From: Vicinamibacteria bacterium
Lineage (GTDB): Bacteria > Acidobacteriota > Vicinamibacteria > Marinacidobacterales > Marinacidobacteraceae
Length of the DNA stretch: 64,000 nucleotides
Reading direction: 5' to 3'
Assembly (NCBI GenBank): GCA_964291235.2
Contig: OZ219815.1
Span: 1,056,001-1,120,000, forward strand
Under the pieces are notes generated by a model that saw only the letters and a list, made by a program, of their open reading frames with translations, was not told where the DNA came from and did no database searches. Positions within the stretch are counted from its first letter, which is position 1. The number at the start of each line of letters is the position of its first letter. This document shows positions 1-9,185 of the stretch, one piece after another. A program made the position numbers and the translations under genes.

Positions 1-503
1 ACCGCCATGATCCCGACCAGCAGGACCACGTCGGTGATGATCATGACCACCCCGGAACTGAGCAGCTCGTTCAGGGCGTCCACGTCGCTCGTCGCCCGGG
101 TGACGACCTGTCCGATCGGGTGACGGTCGAACCAGCCGGTGTGGAGTTTCTGGATGTGGTCGAAGACGTCCCGGCGGATGTCCCGCATCACCCGCTGTCC
201 GAACAGGTTCACTACCCAGGCCTGTCCGTAGGCTCCCGCGAAGCCAACCGCGAGAATGGCCCCGTAGAGACCCAGGATTCCGACGAGCCCCTCCATATCG
301 CCGGCGGCGATGTAGTCGTCGAGGGCGACCCGGGTCAGATAGGGACCCGCGAGCTGGGCCGTGGTGCCGATCAGGACCAGCAGCACCGCGAGGGTGACGA
401 ACGGCCAGTAGGGGACCAGGTAGGGCAGCATCCGCCGGAGCAGGCCGCGATTCACCTTCCGGTTGGGATTCGCCTTCCGGTTGGCGGTGCGCGCCTCGCT
501 CAC
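1..503 (-). CDS. ABC exporter ATP-binding/permease subunit, N-terminal part (runs off window); partner of the adjacent half-transporter
   Basis: GTG at 503 overlaps the TGA of the 500..2302 gene; manual translation gives VNRGLLRRMLPYLVPYWPFVTLAVLL...QVVTRATSDVDALNELLSSGVV, typical of an ABC_membrane N-terminus. Confidence 0.85.
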   Translation of the reverse strand, partial: MSEARTANRKANPNRKVNRGLLRRMLPYLVPYWPFVTLAVLLVLIGTTAQLAGPYLTRVALDDYIAAGDMEGLVGILGLYGAILAVGFAGAYGQAWVVNLFGQRVMRDIRRDVFDHIQKLHTGWFDRHPIGQVVTRATSDVDALNELLSSGVVMIITDVVLLVGIMA

Positions 504-2302
504 AACCGGGAAAGCTCCTCTTCCAGCATCTGCCGGCGGTACATGCCCGCGTACAGCCCGCCCGCGGCAACCAGGTCGTCATGGCTGCCGCTTTCCACCA
601 CCTGGGTGGCTCCGGTCTCGTCCGCGTCGAGCAGATAGATCACGTCCGCGTCCTTCACCGTGCTGAGCCGGTGGGCCACGATCACCGTGGTGCGCTCGCG
701 CGACGCCCTCCGGACCGCCTCGAGGATGCGGGACTCGGTTTCCGAGTCCACCGCGCTCAGGACATCGTCGAACACCAGGATCCGGGTATCGAGGAGCAGC
801 GCGCGGGCGATGGCGGCGCGCTGGCGCTGCCCGCCGGAAAGCGTGACCCCGCGTTCGCCCACCACGGTGTCGTAGCCCTCGGCGAAGTCCTCGATGTCGC
901 CCGCGAGTCCGGCTTCCGCCGCGACCCGGCGCACTTCCTCCATCGGGGCCTCGTCGTCGCCGAACGCGAGGTTGTCCCGCAGGGTCATGGAGAACAGGAA
1001 GCTGTCCTGCGGGACGAAACCGATGTCGGTCCGCAGTTCGTGGAGCGGGATCTCGCGGACGTCGCGCCCGTCGATCCGGATCGAGCCCTCCTGAGCGTCG
1101 TAGATCCGGGGGATGAGCCGGGCCACGGTGCTCTTGCCGCTGCCGGTCCTGCCGACGAGCGCCACGGTCTGGCCGGGTTCGATGGCCAGGTTGAAATCGG
1201 CAAGGACCGGCCGGGCCCCCGTTCCGTTTCCGTTGGACAGGGCTCTGCCGCTCGCCGCCGCGGGGTAGGCGAAGCGGACTCCTTGGAATTCGATCGCGGC
1301 CGCCGGCCGCGGCGTTGCGGGCGCCGCGGCCAGGAGCGGCGGAGACGGAAGCGGCTCGGCGTCGAAGATCGCCGCCAGCCGTTTCATGGAGGCGGCGCCT
1401 CGCTGATGGATGTTGACCACCCAGCCGATGGCGATCATCGGCCAGGTCAGGTAGCCGTAGTAGAAGAGGAAGGCGACCAGTTCCCCGAGGGAAATCGCGC
1501 CCCCGATGACCATCCGTCCCCCGAGCACCAGGGACCCGGCGAGGCCCATGCCGATCAGCGCGAGCAGCAACGGGAAGAGCGCCGCGCTCACCGCGACGAG
1601 TTTCATGCTGAGCGCCGCGTAGTCCTCGTTCTCCTTGCCGAAGACCTTGCGCTGCGCGTCCTCCTGCACGAAGGCGCGGACGAGCCGCGACGCTGCCGCG
1701 TTCTCCTGGACCACCGCGGAGATGTCGGCCATCTTCGCCTGCACCGCCTCGGAGCGCCGGAAGATCCGCTCCCCGAGCACCTTCATCAGGATGGAGACGA
1801 CCGGCATCACCGCGAGCGCCACCAGCGTGAGGCGGGGACTGATCGCCAGCATGAACCCGAAACAGCCGACCGTGGTGATGACGGTCTCCACCGGGTACAT
1901 GAGCCCCGGGCCGAGCACCATGCGCACGGCGTTCATGTCCTGCGCGCCGCGGGACAGGATGTCCCCCACCCGGTAGCGCGCGTAGAAGGCCGCCGGCAGC
2001 CGTTGCAGATGGAGATAGAAGGCCCGCCGCATGTCGTACTCGGCGTACCGCGAGACCCCGATCAGGTACCACCGCATGAAGTAGCGGAAGACGGCGGACC
2101 CCGCGGCGGCGGCCACGATGTAGCCGCCATAGGTCCACATCTCGCTGGTCGCCCCGGCTTCGAGCGCGTTGACCGCCCGTTCCAGCACCTGCGGGACGAC
2201 CAGGTAGAACACCCGGCAGAGCACCAGCGCGGTGAACCCGAACGCAAGCCGGCCCTTGTAGGGTCGGAGGTACGGCAGCACCCGCCGCCACATATCCAGC
2301 AT
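500..2302 (-). CDS. ABC exporter, fused TMD+NBD (MdlA/MsbA-like)
   Basis: Transmembrane N-half; Walker A GRTGSGKS, signature LSGGQRQR, Walker B ILVFDD, H-loop AHRLST. Confidence 0.95.
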   Translation of the reverse strand: MLDMWRRVLPYLRPYKGRLAFGFTALVLCRVFYLVVPQVLERAVNALEAGATSEMWTYGGYIVAAAAGSAVFRYFMRWYLIGVSRYAEYDMRRAFYLHLQRLPAAFYARYRVGDILSRGAQDMNAVRMVLGPGLMYPVETVITTVGCFGFMLAISPRLTLVALAVMPVVSILMKVLGERIFRRSEAVQAKMADISAVVQENAAASRLVRAFVQEDAQRKVFGKENEDYAALSMKLVAVSAALFPLLLALIGMGLAGSLVLGGRMVIGGAISLGELVAFLFYYGYLTWPMIAIGWVVNIHQRGAASMKRLAAIFDAEPLPSPPLLAAAPATPRPAAAIEFQGVRFAYPAAASGRALSNGNGTGARPVLADFNLAIEPGQTVALVGRTGSGKSTVARLIPRIYDAQEGSIRIDGRDVREIPLHELRTDIGFVPQDSFLFSMTLRDNLAFGDDEAPMEEVRRVAAEAGLAGDIEDFAEGYDTVVGERGVTLSGGQRQRAAIARALLLDTRILVFDDVLSAVDSETESRILEAVRRASRERTTVIVAHRLSTVKDADVIYLLDADETGATQVVESGSHDDLVAAGGLYAGMYRRQMLEEELSRL

Positions 2303-2327
2303 CAGGTCGTTACACGGGCACGGAAGA

Positions 2328-2592
2328 GGGAACGCCGGCCTTCACGCCGGCACCGCCGCGCGGAGCGCGGGAAGCGGACAATGCTAATCCGCACGGGCGG
2401 CACACCGGCACGGGAACGCCGGCCTCCAGACCGGCACAGCCCCGCGCAGCGGGGCGGCGGGACGGCCCCCCACGAGCCCAAACAGCGGGCGACCGCCAGG
2501 GAACGCCGATCTCCAGATCGGCACAGCCCCGCGAAGCGGGGCGGCGGGACGGACCCCCCAGCGCCAGAGTGTTTCCCCTCTCGGCGTGGACC
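2328..2592 (+). repeat. REP-like hairpin cluster (3 units)
   Basis: GGGAACGCCGGCCTCCAGACCGGCACAGCCCCGCGCAGCGGGGC and variant GCCGATCTCCAGATCGGC; the same family recurs across the window. Confidence 0.85.
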
Positions 2593-2667
2593 ACCGGCGG
2601 TTCCGCCCCCGGAATCCTCAACACCCGTGCCATCCCGCCAGTGGCGCGGCGCCGGCAGTGGAGCCGT

Positions 2668-2901
2668 TCAGGTGGTGAGCAGGACGACGAACATCCCGAA
2701 GAGCAAAACGTTCAGCATGGCCAGGGCGCCGAGCATGAAGGCCGTCAGCGCGATCAGCTCGTCCACGCGGGCGATGATGGCGTCCAGCTCGCCGCCTTGC
2801 TTGTCGAATCGTTGGTCAATTCGCCGCTCATGGTCAGCGAACATTTGGCGCACCTCGGCCAGCAGCGGCTGGAGCTTCGGGGTGACGGGTTCCGAAACCA
2901 T
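2668..2901 (-). CDS. Small coiled-coil + C-terminal TM protein (DUF1640/CCDC90-like), probably 5'-truncated
   Basis: 77 aa with heptad pattern and hydrophobic C-terminus; N-terminus VSEPVTPKLQPLLAEVRQM resembles TSETAVARLQPVMAELRQM in 62054..62488. Confidence 0.6.
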   Translation of the reverse strand: MVSEPVTPKLQPLLAEVRQMFADHERRIDQRFDKQGGELDAIIARVDELIALTAFMLGALAMLNVLLFGMFVVLLTT

Positions 2902-2917
2902 GGTGCGCGTCCGCTGG

Positions 2918-2996
2918 TCAGTCCCCGTGCCGCGCCCGGAGGGGCGGCGCCAGCCGCGCCATCAGGATCATCCGCTCGACCGCATCCGGCCACTCG
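2918..2996 (-). pseudogene. Duplicated 3' end of the thioredoxin-like gene
   Basis: 72/79 nt identical to 3695..3773; encodes ERMILMARLAPPLRARHGD-stop. Confidence 0.9.
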
Positions 2997-3006
2997 CGGG
3001 GCGTGG

Positions 3007-3411
3007 TCAGGCGCCGGAAGGCAGGCGCTGGATCCCGGGCGCCTCGTCGAAACCGCGATCGAACGACAGGATTCGCGAGATTCCGCACCGATCCATCACC
3101 GCGATGTGCATGGCGTCGCGCGACGAGACCGACGGGACGGAGAACAGCACTTCCCGAGCCCGGAGCGCATCGTCGAGAATGACGGGAAACACCTCGTCCA
3201 CGAGATCGAGCAGAGCCGAAAACGCCGGGTGAATGGCGTCCGGACGGCGGATCGCCGAATAGCGGTGCAGGATCTCCTGAAGCACCTCCACGCTCGTCAC
3301 CAGCCTTTCGCCGGTCAACGCCAGACCCTCCAGCGCTCGCCGCGCCTCGTCCCGGCAGGGATGGGGGCTCCCGATCAGATACATCGGGATGTTGGAGTCC
3401 ACGAATGTCAC
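3007..3411 (-). CDS. vapC: VapC PIN-domain toxin
   Basis: FVDSNI...VLQE...RDAMHIA...SFDRGFD PIN acidic motifs; 134 aa; overlaps the antitoxin stop. Confidence 0.9.
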   Translation of the reverse strand: MTFVDSNIPMYLIGSPHPCRDEARRALEGLALTGERLVTSVEVLQEILHRYSAIRRPDAIHPAFSALLDLVDEVFPVILDDALRAREVLFSVPSVSSRDAMHIAVMDRCGISRILSFDRGFDEAPGIQRLPSGA

Positions 3412-3656
3412 TCGGCGGTGCGCCCCGCTTCGATCTCGGCGAGCATCTGGTCAATGTCCCCGGTGGGGAAGGAATAGGAGGTGGCGATTCGAATCGCGCG
3501 GAGCTTTTGCTCCGCCTTCTTCGCCGGCCCGTCCTGTTTGGCCTCCCGGAGGCGCAGGCGAACCCACTCGGACAGTCGAAGTCCCTCGCGCTGGGCGGCG
3601 TCCCGATACCCCCGCAATTCGTCCGCGTCCATAACGACCTGGAGACGTGTACTCAT
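3408..3656 (-). CDS. vapB: VapB-type antitoxin
   Basis: MSTRLQVVMDADE...LSEWVR...FPTGDIDQMLAEIE, 82 aa, directly upstream of vapC; palindrome GTATA-N7-TATAC upstream at about 3664-3680. Confidence 0.8.
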   Translation of the reverse strand: MSTRLQVVMDADELRGYRDAAQREGLRLSEWVRLRLREAKQDGPAKKAEQKLRAIRIATSYSFPTGDIDQMLAEIEAGRTAE

Positions 3657-3694
3657 ACGATGAGTATATCCGCAGTATACAGGGGTCAGACTCG

Positions 3695-4282
3695 TCAATC
3701 CCCGTGCCGCGCCCGGAGCGGCGGCGCCAGCCGCGCCATCAGGATCATCCGCTCGAACACGTCGAGCCACTCGGCCGTCTCGGCGGCAAGGGCTCCGCCG
3801 TCCGCCGACCCGGGCAGCGGGCACGCGGCGCCGAGTTCCGTCGCAGCTTTCTCGCGGTACACCGCCAGCGGCCGGTCCCCGAACCGGCCGATCTCGTGGA
3901 AGTCCTCCGTCAGGAACACGACCATCGGAACCCGCATGGCGCCCAGTACGCGAAGCTCGTCCCGCAGTTCCGGGATGGCGTCCCGGTCCACGAGGCGCAG
4001 ATCGACGGATGGCCCCGCCGCCTCGGCGAGCCGCGCCACGATCGGGACCGAGCGGACGCAGTCCCCGCACCAGATTCCGCTGAGGCAGAGCACGTTCACG
4101 ATGCGGCCGGCGGCGTCGAGTCGGGTGGTGGCGTCTTCCGGCAGCGCCGGAAGCGCGGCCCCGGCCCGCGTCCAGGCCGCCTGTTCGCGGTCGTTTCCGG
4201 TGGCGACGTAGTCGGAGTACGGCAGGCCCTCCTCGAAGGCGTCGCGGAACAGGTCGGACCGGCGATCAAAGTACGCGCTCAT
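3695..4282 (-). CDS. Thioredoxin-family protein
   Basis: WCGDC motif and RVP cis-Pro loop. Confidence 0.85.
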   Translation of the reverse strand: MSAYFDRRSDLFRDAFEEGLPYSDYVATGNDREQAAWTRAGAALPALPEDATTRLDAAGRIVNVLCLSGIWCGDCVRSVPIVARLAEAAGPSVDLRLVDRDAIPELRDELRVLGAMRVPMVVFLTEDFHEIGRFGDRPLAVYREKAATELGAACPLPGSADGGALAAETAEWLDVFERMILMARLAPPLRARHGD

Positions 4283-4462
4283 GCAGGGGCTCCAGGGAAC
4301 ACGGGATTATCCGCCCTCCGCGCCGGGGCGCGGGTCACGGAGGCGGGCATCGTCCTGCCGTTTGCGCGATTGCCTGGGAACGCCATCCAGCGTCCGTGGA
4401 CGTACCATGTCGCCGGGGCTCAATCGCCGCTCGGCAGCGTCCCGTGCGGGCCCAATCGAACT

Positions 4463-6184
4463 TTGTCCGACGAGATCGCCTGGTACGACGCCCATGCCGA
4501 GATGCTGGCGGATCGCTACGAGGCTGTCTCTCCGGAGCGCGTTCATGGCTGGCTGACGGACTTATTGCCTTCGCAGCCCGCGACCATCCTCGACGTTGGT
4601 GCCGGCAGTGGTCGCGATGCGGCATGGTTGGCTTACAAGGGCTACGAAGTCGTCGCGGTCGAACCGTCCTCCGGACTTCGCACGATGGCGCGTGAACGGC
4701 ACGACGTTCCGCGCATTCAATGGATCTCCGACTCGCTGCCCGGCCTCAAACGTACGTTCCGGACCGGCCTCGCCTTCGACGTGATCCTGGTCAGCGCGGT
4801 CTGGATGCATGTCGCCCCATCGGACCGGGCGAGGGCGTTCAGAAAGCTGATCACACTCCTCAAGCCTGGCGGCGTCTTGGCCATCACGCTGCGCAGCGGC
4901 TCCGCCGAGGCGGGCCGCACGTTCCATCCTGTCTCTGCGGCGGAGATCAAGCGCCTCGCGCGGGATCACGGTGCGTTTGTCGAACGGGAGAACACCGCCG
5001 CCGACCAGCTCGGCCGCCGCGAGATCCGTTGGGAACAACTGGCGGTCCGGCTTCCAGACGACGGTACCGGCGCACTGCCGCTGCTGCGGCACGTCATTCT
5101 GAACGACGACAAGAGTTCCACGTACAAGCTCGGCCTGCTGCGCGTGCTCTGCCGCATCGCCGACAGCGCCGGCGGGTTCGCATCGCCGGTGGACGACGAG
5201 CACGTCGCGATTCCGATGGGCCTGGTGGCGCTGACCTGGATTCGGCTCTACAAGCCGCTGCTGGCGGCAGACTTGCCCCAGAACCGGAATAACCAGCAGG
5301 GTGGTCAGGGACTCGGTTTCGCCAAGGAGGCTTTCGGGCAGCTCGCATATCTGTCAGACCTTCGGATGGGCTCACGGCTCACCGGCGACAGCGGCCGGGC
5401 GCTCCACCACGCACTCAGGGACGTGGCGGGCACCATTCGTAGGATGCCGGCGCGCCACATGACGTATCCCAACGCGCCGGAACCCATTCTTCCCGCAGGG
5501 GCCGGTACGGCAGGCCGGTATCCGGGTGGGGTGCGGCTGGACGAGCCGTACCTCGCGAGCTTCGGCACGATGCGGGTACCGATCCACCTGTGGCAGGCGG
5601 CTCAACGTTTTGCCGTGTGGATCGAACCCGCGATCGTTGCTGAATGGAAGCGGATGACCCGATCCTACGCGGAGAGACAGGGACGCAGGCTTGAAGACGC
5701 CCAGCTCTCTGCGGCCATGACCTGGGAGGATCCCACTCGGGACGTAAGCCTTGCGCGGGAGCAGGCCGAGCGGTTGCTCGCCGAACAGCCTCTCCATTGC
5801 GTCTGGAGCGGTAAGCGTCTGTCCGTTGACAAACTCGACATGGATCACTGTTTCCCATGGGCCGTCTGGCCCTGCGGAGACCTCTGGAACCTGCTACCCA
5901 CGCACCGAACGGTCAATCAGCACGAGAAGCGCGACCTCCTGCCGTCGGACCGGCTGCTCAGGGCCGCGCAGGACCGGATTCTCGGCTGGTGGCACGATGC
6001 GTACCGGGCGCACCCGGACCACCCGCTGGCCGAGCGCTTCATGCTGGAAGCTGCGGTCAGCCTGCCGGGCATCCTCTCAACAGAGACCGATCTCGACGGC
6101 TGCTATTCCGCCCTCGAGCTGCAACGGTTGCGGCTGAGCCAGAACCAGCAGGCGCCGGAGTGGAGCGGAGCAAAGTACCTGTGA
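4463..6184 (+). CDS. Class I SAM methyltransferase fused to a C-terminal HNH nuclease
   Basis: LDVGAGSGRD SAM motif; SSTYKLGLL central motif; CVWSG...DMDHCFPW...DLWNLLP...N HNH; TTG start at 4463 inferred within the 3647..6184 ORF. Confidence 0.85.
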   Translation: MSDEIAWYDAHAEMLADRYEAVSPERVHGWLTDLLPSQPATILDVGAGSGRDAAWLAYKGYEVVAVEPSSGLRTMARERHDVPRIQWISDSLPGLKRTFRTGLAFDVILVSAVWMHVAPSDRARAFRKLITLLKPGGVLAITLRSGSAEAGRTFHPVSAAEIKRLARDHGAFVERENTAADQLGRREIRWEQLAVRLPDDGTGALPLLRHVILNDDKSSTYKLGLLRVLCRIADSAGGFASPVDDEHVAIPMGLVALTWIRLYKPLLAADLPQNRNNQQGGQGLGFAKEAFGQLAYLSDLRMGSRLTGDSGRALHHALRDVAGTIRRMPARHMTYPNAPEPILPAGAGTAGRYPGGVRLDEPYLASFGTMRVPIHLWQAAQRFAVWIEPAIVAEWKRMTRSYAERQGRRLEDAQLSAAMTWEDPTRDVSLAREQAERLLAEQPLHCVWSGKRLSVDKLDMDHCFPWAVWPCGDLWNLLPTHRTVNQHEKRDLLPSDRLLRAAQDRILGWWHDAYRAHPDHPLAERFMLEAAVSLPGILSTETDLDGCYSALELQRLRLSQNQQAPEWSGAKYL

Positions 6185-6294
6185 ATCAGCGCCGGATGGA
6201 CGGGCGCACGTTGCCCGCTGTCCGGGTCCGGGGGATCGTTTCCGAATCGGTGGGCGCTTGATATTGCCGACCCCGACCGGGATCAGCGACTCGA

Positions 6295-6635
6295 TATCGA
6301 CCGGAGCTGCCTCCCGCGGCTGCCGTTATCGACCGGAGCTGCCGTTGCCGACCCCGGATATCGACCGGAGCTGTCTTCCGCGGATGCCGTTATCGACCGG
6401 AGCTGTCTCCCGCGGATGCCGTTATCGACCGGAGCTGCCTTTCGCGGACGCCGTTATCGACCGGAGCTGTCTCCCGCGGCTGCCGTCATCGACCGGAGCT
6501 GTCTCCCGCGGACGCCGTTATCGACCGGAGCTGTCTCCCGCGGCTGCCGTCATCGACCGGAGCTGGCGTCGCCGACCCCGGATATCGACCGGAGCTGGCG
6601 TCGCCGACCCTGTATATCGACCGGAGCTGCCGTCG
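6295..6635. repeat. Tandem array, 11 copies of a 32-bp unit
   Basis: Units start at 6295, 6327 ... 6615, each with the invariant core ATCGACCGGAGCTG. Confidence 0.95.
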
Positions 6636-6901
6636 CTGTGCCGGAGAAAAGAAAGCCGCCCGCAAGGACGGAATCTCCCACGGCCCTTGACCGAGCAATG
6701 GTCGCAAAAGGGTCACCACAGCGATCAGGGGCGGCGCGGGTCTCGGCGTCGTCTGCATGCCGGGTCTTGCGGGGCCAACGTCGCGGTGGCCCGCCGGTTG
6801 GCCGGCAACATGTCGCAGTAGCGGCCTGCGGTACTCTCGACCTGTGTCCGCCGGTTCGCGGCGGACGCGACTTCCGCTGAATCTCTGAAGCAGGATCTGC
6901 T

Positions 6902-8362
6902 GTGCGTGTCCCCGGCGCCGACGAGGCCACCGATCGGCTCGCCAGCTGGGCTAAGCGGAGCCCCTGGCAGGAGCGCCAGCAAGAGGTGTTTTCCGCCCAC
7001 CTCGGTCCCGTCGCGGACGTGCTGGAGCGCGAGCCGGCGGAGGTGGGCGAGCAGTTGGGTCCGCTCGCCAGACAGGTCTCCGTCGCCATCTTCGAGGACT
7101 TCCTGGCCGCCGGCTTCGGTGACGAGGAGGAAGAGAACGTGGTGGATGCCTACCTCGACCGGCGGGGTTGGACTCTTGGAGAGCCGGCGAAGGAATTCAT
7201 GCAGGGACTGCGGGACGCGTCGCCTTCGCTCTACGAAGTTGTTGCGCTCGACCGCGGCAGCACCCTCACCGTGCGCGATCTCGTCCGGGGCGGCGACCCG
7301 ATCGTCGTGTCGGAAGAACTGGGTTCCCAAACGCTGGCGCTGTGGGACTGCCTGATTGCCCGGATCCTCACGGTAGGCGGCGCGCGCTGTTTCGCCTCCG
7401 GCCTGCTGCACTGCCCCCGGGAGCTGGCCGACCGCTGCCTCAGCGACCTGACGCGGGAGATCAAGCGGATCAGGAAGGGACTCACGAAGATCGTGCGGAG
7501 AGCCGGCGGCAAGGGCACGGTGACCGAGCGCGAGGCCCAGGACTTCTACCTCGCGAGTCCCGCTGCTGGTCCTTTCTTCACGGTGCAGCTCGTCGTCTGG
7601 ACCGTCAGACAGAAGGAAGCCTTCTTCGAGTCGCTGGCCAACACCGACGGACAGCCGCTGCTGCTTTCCAACGTACGTTTTCCGATCGAAGGCGACGAGG
7701 CGGAGGTCGCGCGGGCTCTCGACGCCGTCGCGGAGCTCGACCGGATCCCCGAGGAAGGGCAGCTCTGGAATTGGACCGGCCCCGAATCTCCGGCCCACGC
7801 CGGTCCCCGCGATTCGCCGCGGGGTGGCGCGAAGGCCGGCGGTTTGCGGCTGAGCCTCGGACATCTCGAGATCGCGGACGGCGCCCTGCTGCTCCACACG
7901 AACTCCGTCGAGCGCGCCGAGCAGGGACGGGAACTCGTGGCCTCGGTGCTGGGTTCGCTGGTGGGAACGCCGCTCACCTCGCACGAAGATCCGCTCGCGC
8001 AGCTTCGGGCGCTTTCGGAGGGGACGACGGCTGAGGGGCCGTCACCCGCTGGACGGTTCCTGGACGGCCTTCCCGAGGAAGCGGACGCGGTGGTTCGTCC
8101 GACGGAAGAAATGCAGGCGCTGGCGGCCGCCTATATCGAAGATCACTACCGCCGCACCCTCGACGAACGGGTTCCGATGCTCGGCAACCGGACGCCGCGG
8201 CAGGCCGCCAAAACCCGGAAGGGGCGGGCCGAGGTGGTCGCGTGGCTGAAGGGAATCGAGAACGTGGAATCCCGGAGTGCCGTAAGGGAGGGGCGTGAGC
8301 CGATGGATACCGGCTGGCTCTGGGAGGAGTTGAAGATTCCGAGGCCCGGCGGCAAGTTGTAA
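6902..8362 (+). CDS. Hypothetical protein with a C-terminal MbcA/ParS-like motif
   Basis: 486-aa ORF with normal composition; ends YRRTLDERVPMLGNRTPRQAA...WLWEELKI. Confidence 0.75.
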   Translation: MRVPGADEATDRLASWAKRSPWQERQQEVFSAHLGPVADVLEREPAEVGEQLGPLARQVSVAIFEDFLAAGFGDEEEENVVDAYLDRRGWTLGEPAKEFMQGLRDASPSLYEVVALDRGSTLTVRDLVRGGDPIVVSEELGSQTLALWDCLIARILTVGGARCFASGLLHCPRELADRCLSDLTREIKRIRKGLTKIVRRAGGKGTVTEREAQDFYLASPAAGPFFTVQLVVWTVRQKEAFFESLANTDGQPLLLSNVRFPIEGDEAEVARALDAVAELDRIPEEGQLWNWTGPESPAHAGPRDSPRGGAKAGGLRLSLGHLEIADGALLLHTNSVERAEQGRELVASVLGSLVGTPLTSHEDPLAQLRALSEGTTAEGPSPAGRFLDGLPEEADAVVRPTEEMQALAAAYIEDHYRRTLDERVPMLGNRTPRQAAKTRKGRAEVVAWLKGIENVESRSAVREGREPMDTGWLWEELKIPRPGGKL

Positions 8363-8417
8363 AGAACGTGGCGGCCTGCCAGGCTGCGTGTGCCTCACCG
8401 GTGGGTCAGAGGGAGCT

Positions 8418-8521
8418 TTGTGGCTCACTTTCGGCGAAAAATGAGCCACAACGAGATTTGTCGCTCGCCTGTGCACCACAAACGGTGTTGTGTCTCACTC
8501 TTGGCCAAGAGTGAGACGCAA
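8418..8521. repeat. Two related 34-bp palindromes, 70 bp apart
   Basis: TTGTGGCTCACTTTCGGCGAAAAATGAGCCACAA (8418-8451) and TTGTGTCTCACTCTTGGCCAAGAGTGAGACGCAA (8488-8521). Confidence 0.8.
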
Positions 8522-8584
8522 ATGGGCTGGCCTGGATTGCCCACGCTCCGAGCAGACTGGGTCCGTTCCTGTGTGCCGCCAGGG

Positions 8585-9020
8585 CTGCTGGGGTTCCCGC
8601 CGAGACGGGAGCCGTCTTGACGGTTGGGGGGCTGTCCCGGCGCCCGCCTGCGGCGGGCTGTGCCGATCTGGAGATCGGCGTTCCATTGCGGTCGCCCGCC
8701 GACTGTGCTCGTGGGGGTCTGTCCCGGCGCCCCGCTTCGCGGGGCTGTGCCGATCTGGAGATCGGCGTTCCATTGCGGTCGCCCGCCGCCTGTGCTCGCG
8801 GGGTCCGTCCCGCCGCCCCGCTTCGCGGGGCTGTGCCGATCTGGAGATCGGCGTTCCCGTGCCGGTGGTGCTGTGGGGGCTGGAGGGCGATGTGCGTTTC
8901 GCTCCCCGGCGGGGAGCGGCCCCCACCGGGAGAACTGGGCCGGCCGGAGGCCGGCGCTCCGCTGTCGTGCGACGCCAAGGCTGGCCGGGGTACCCGCCGA
9001 GACACAGCCATCTTGACGGT
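8585..9020 (-). repeat. REP-like hairpin cluster
   Basis: Three copies of GGGCTGTGCCGATCTGGAGATCGGCGTTCC plus a GCCGGCCGGAGGCCGGCGCTCC variant. Confidence 0.85.
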
Positions 9021-9185
9021 GGGGCCGGCGCTCCTGAAGCCATCCGTCCCTTTGCGGCCGCCTTGTGCGAAGATTCCCGGTTGCCCAGAAACGGATGATT
9101 CGCCGTTCCGGCCTACCCGGGTTCTCAACCCCGCCAGCTCCTCCGACGGGGCTCGCTTCGCACTCCTTCTGAGCACAACGTCTTC

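Noticed and set aside
3647-4462. 845-aa N-terminally extended MTase-HNH ORF
   Set aside because: The extension is antisense to the thioredoxin-like gene; recognisable protein starts near 4463
6295-6635. CRISPR array
   Set aside because: Core is only 14 bp, the spacers of about 18 bp are homologous to one another, and no cas genes are present
8418-8521. Mini-CRISPR (two repeats, one 36-bp spacer)
   Set aside because: Only two units, differing at many positions with compensatory changes; no cas genes or leader
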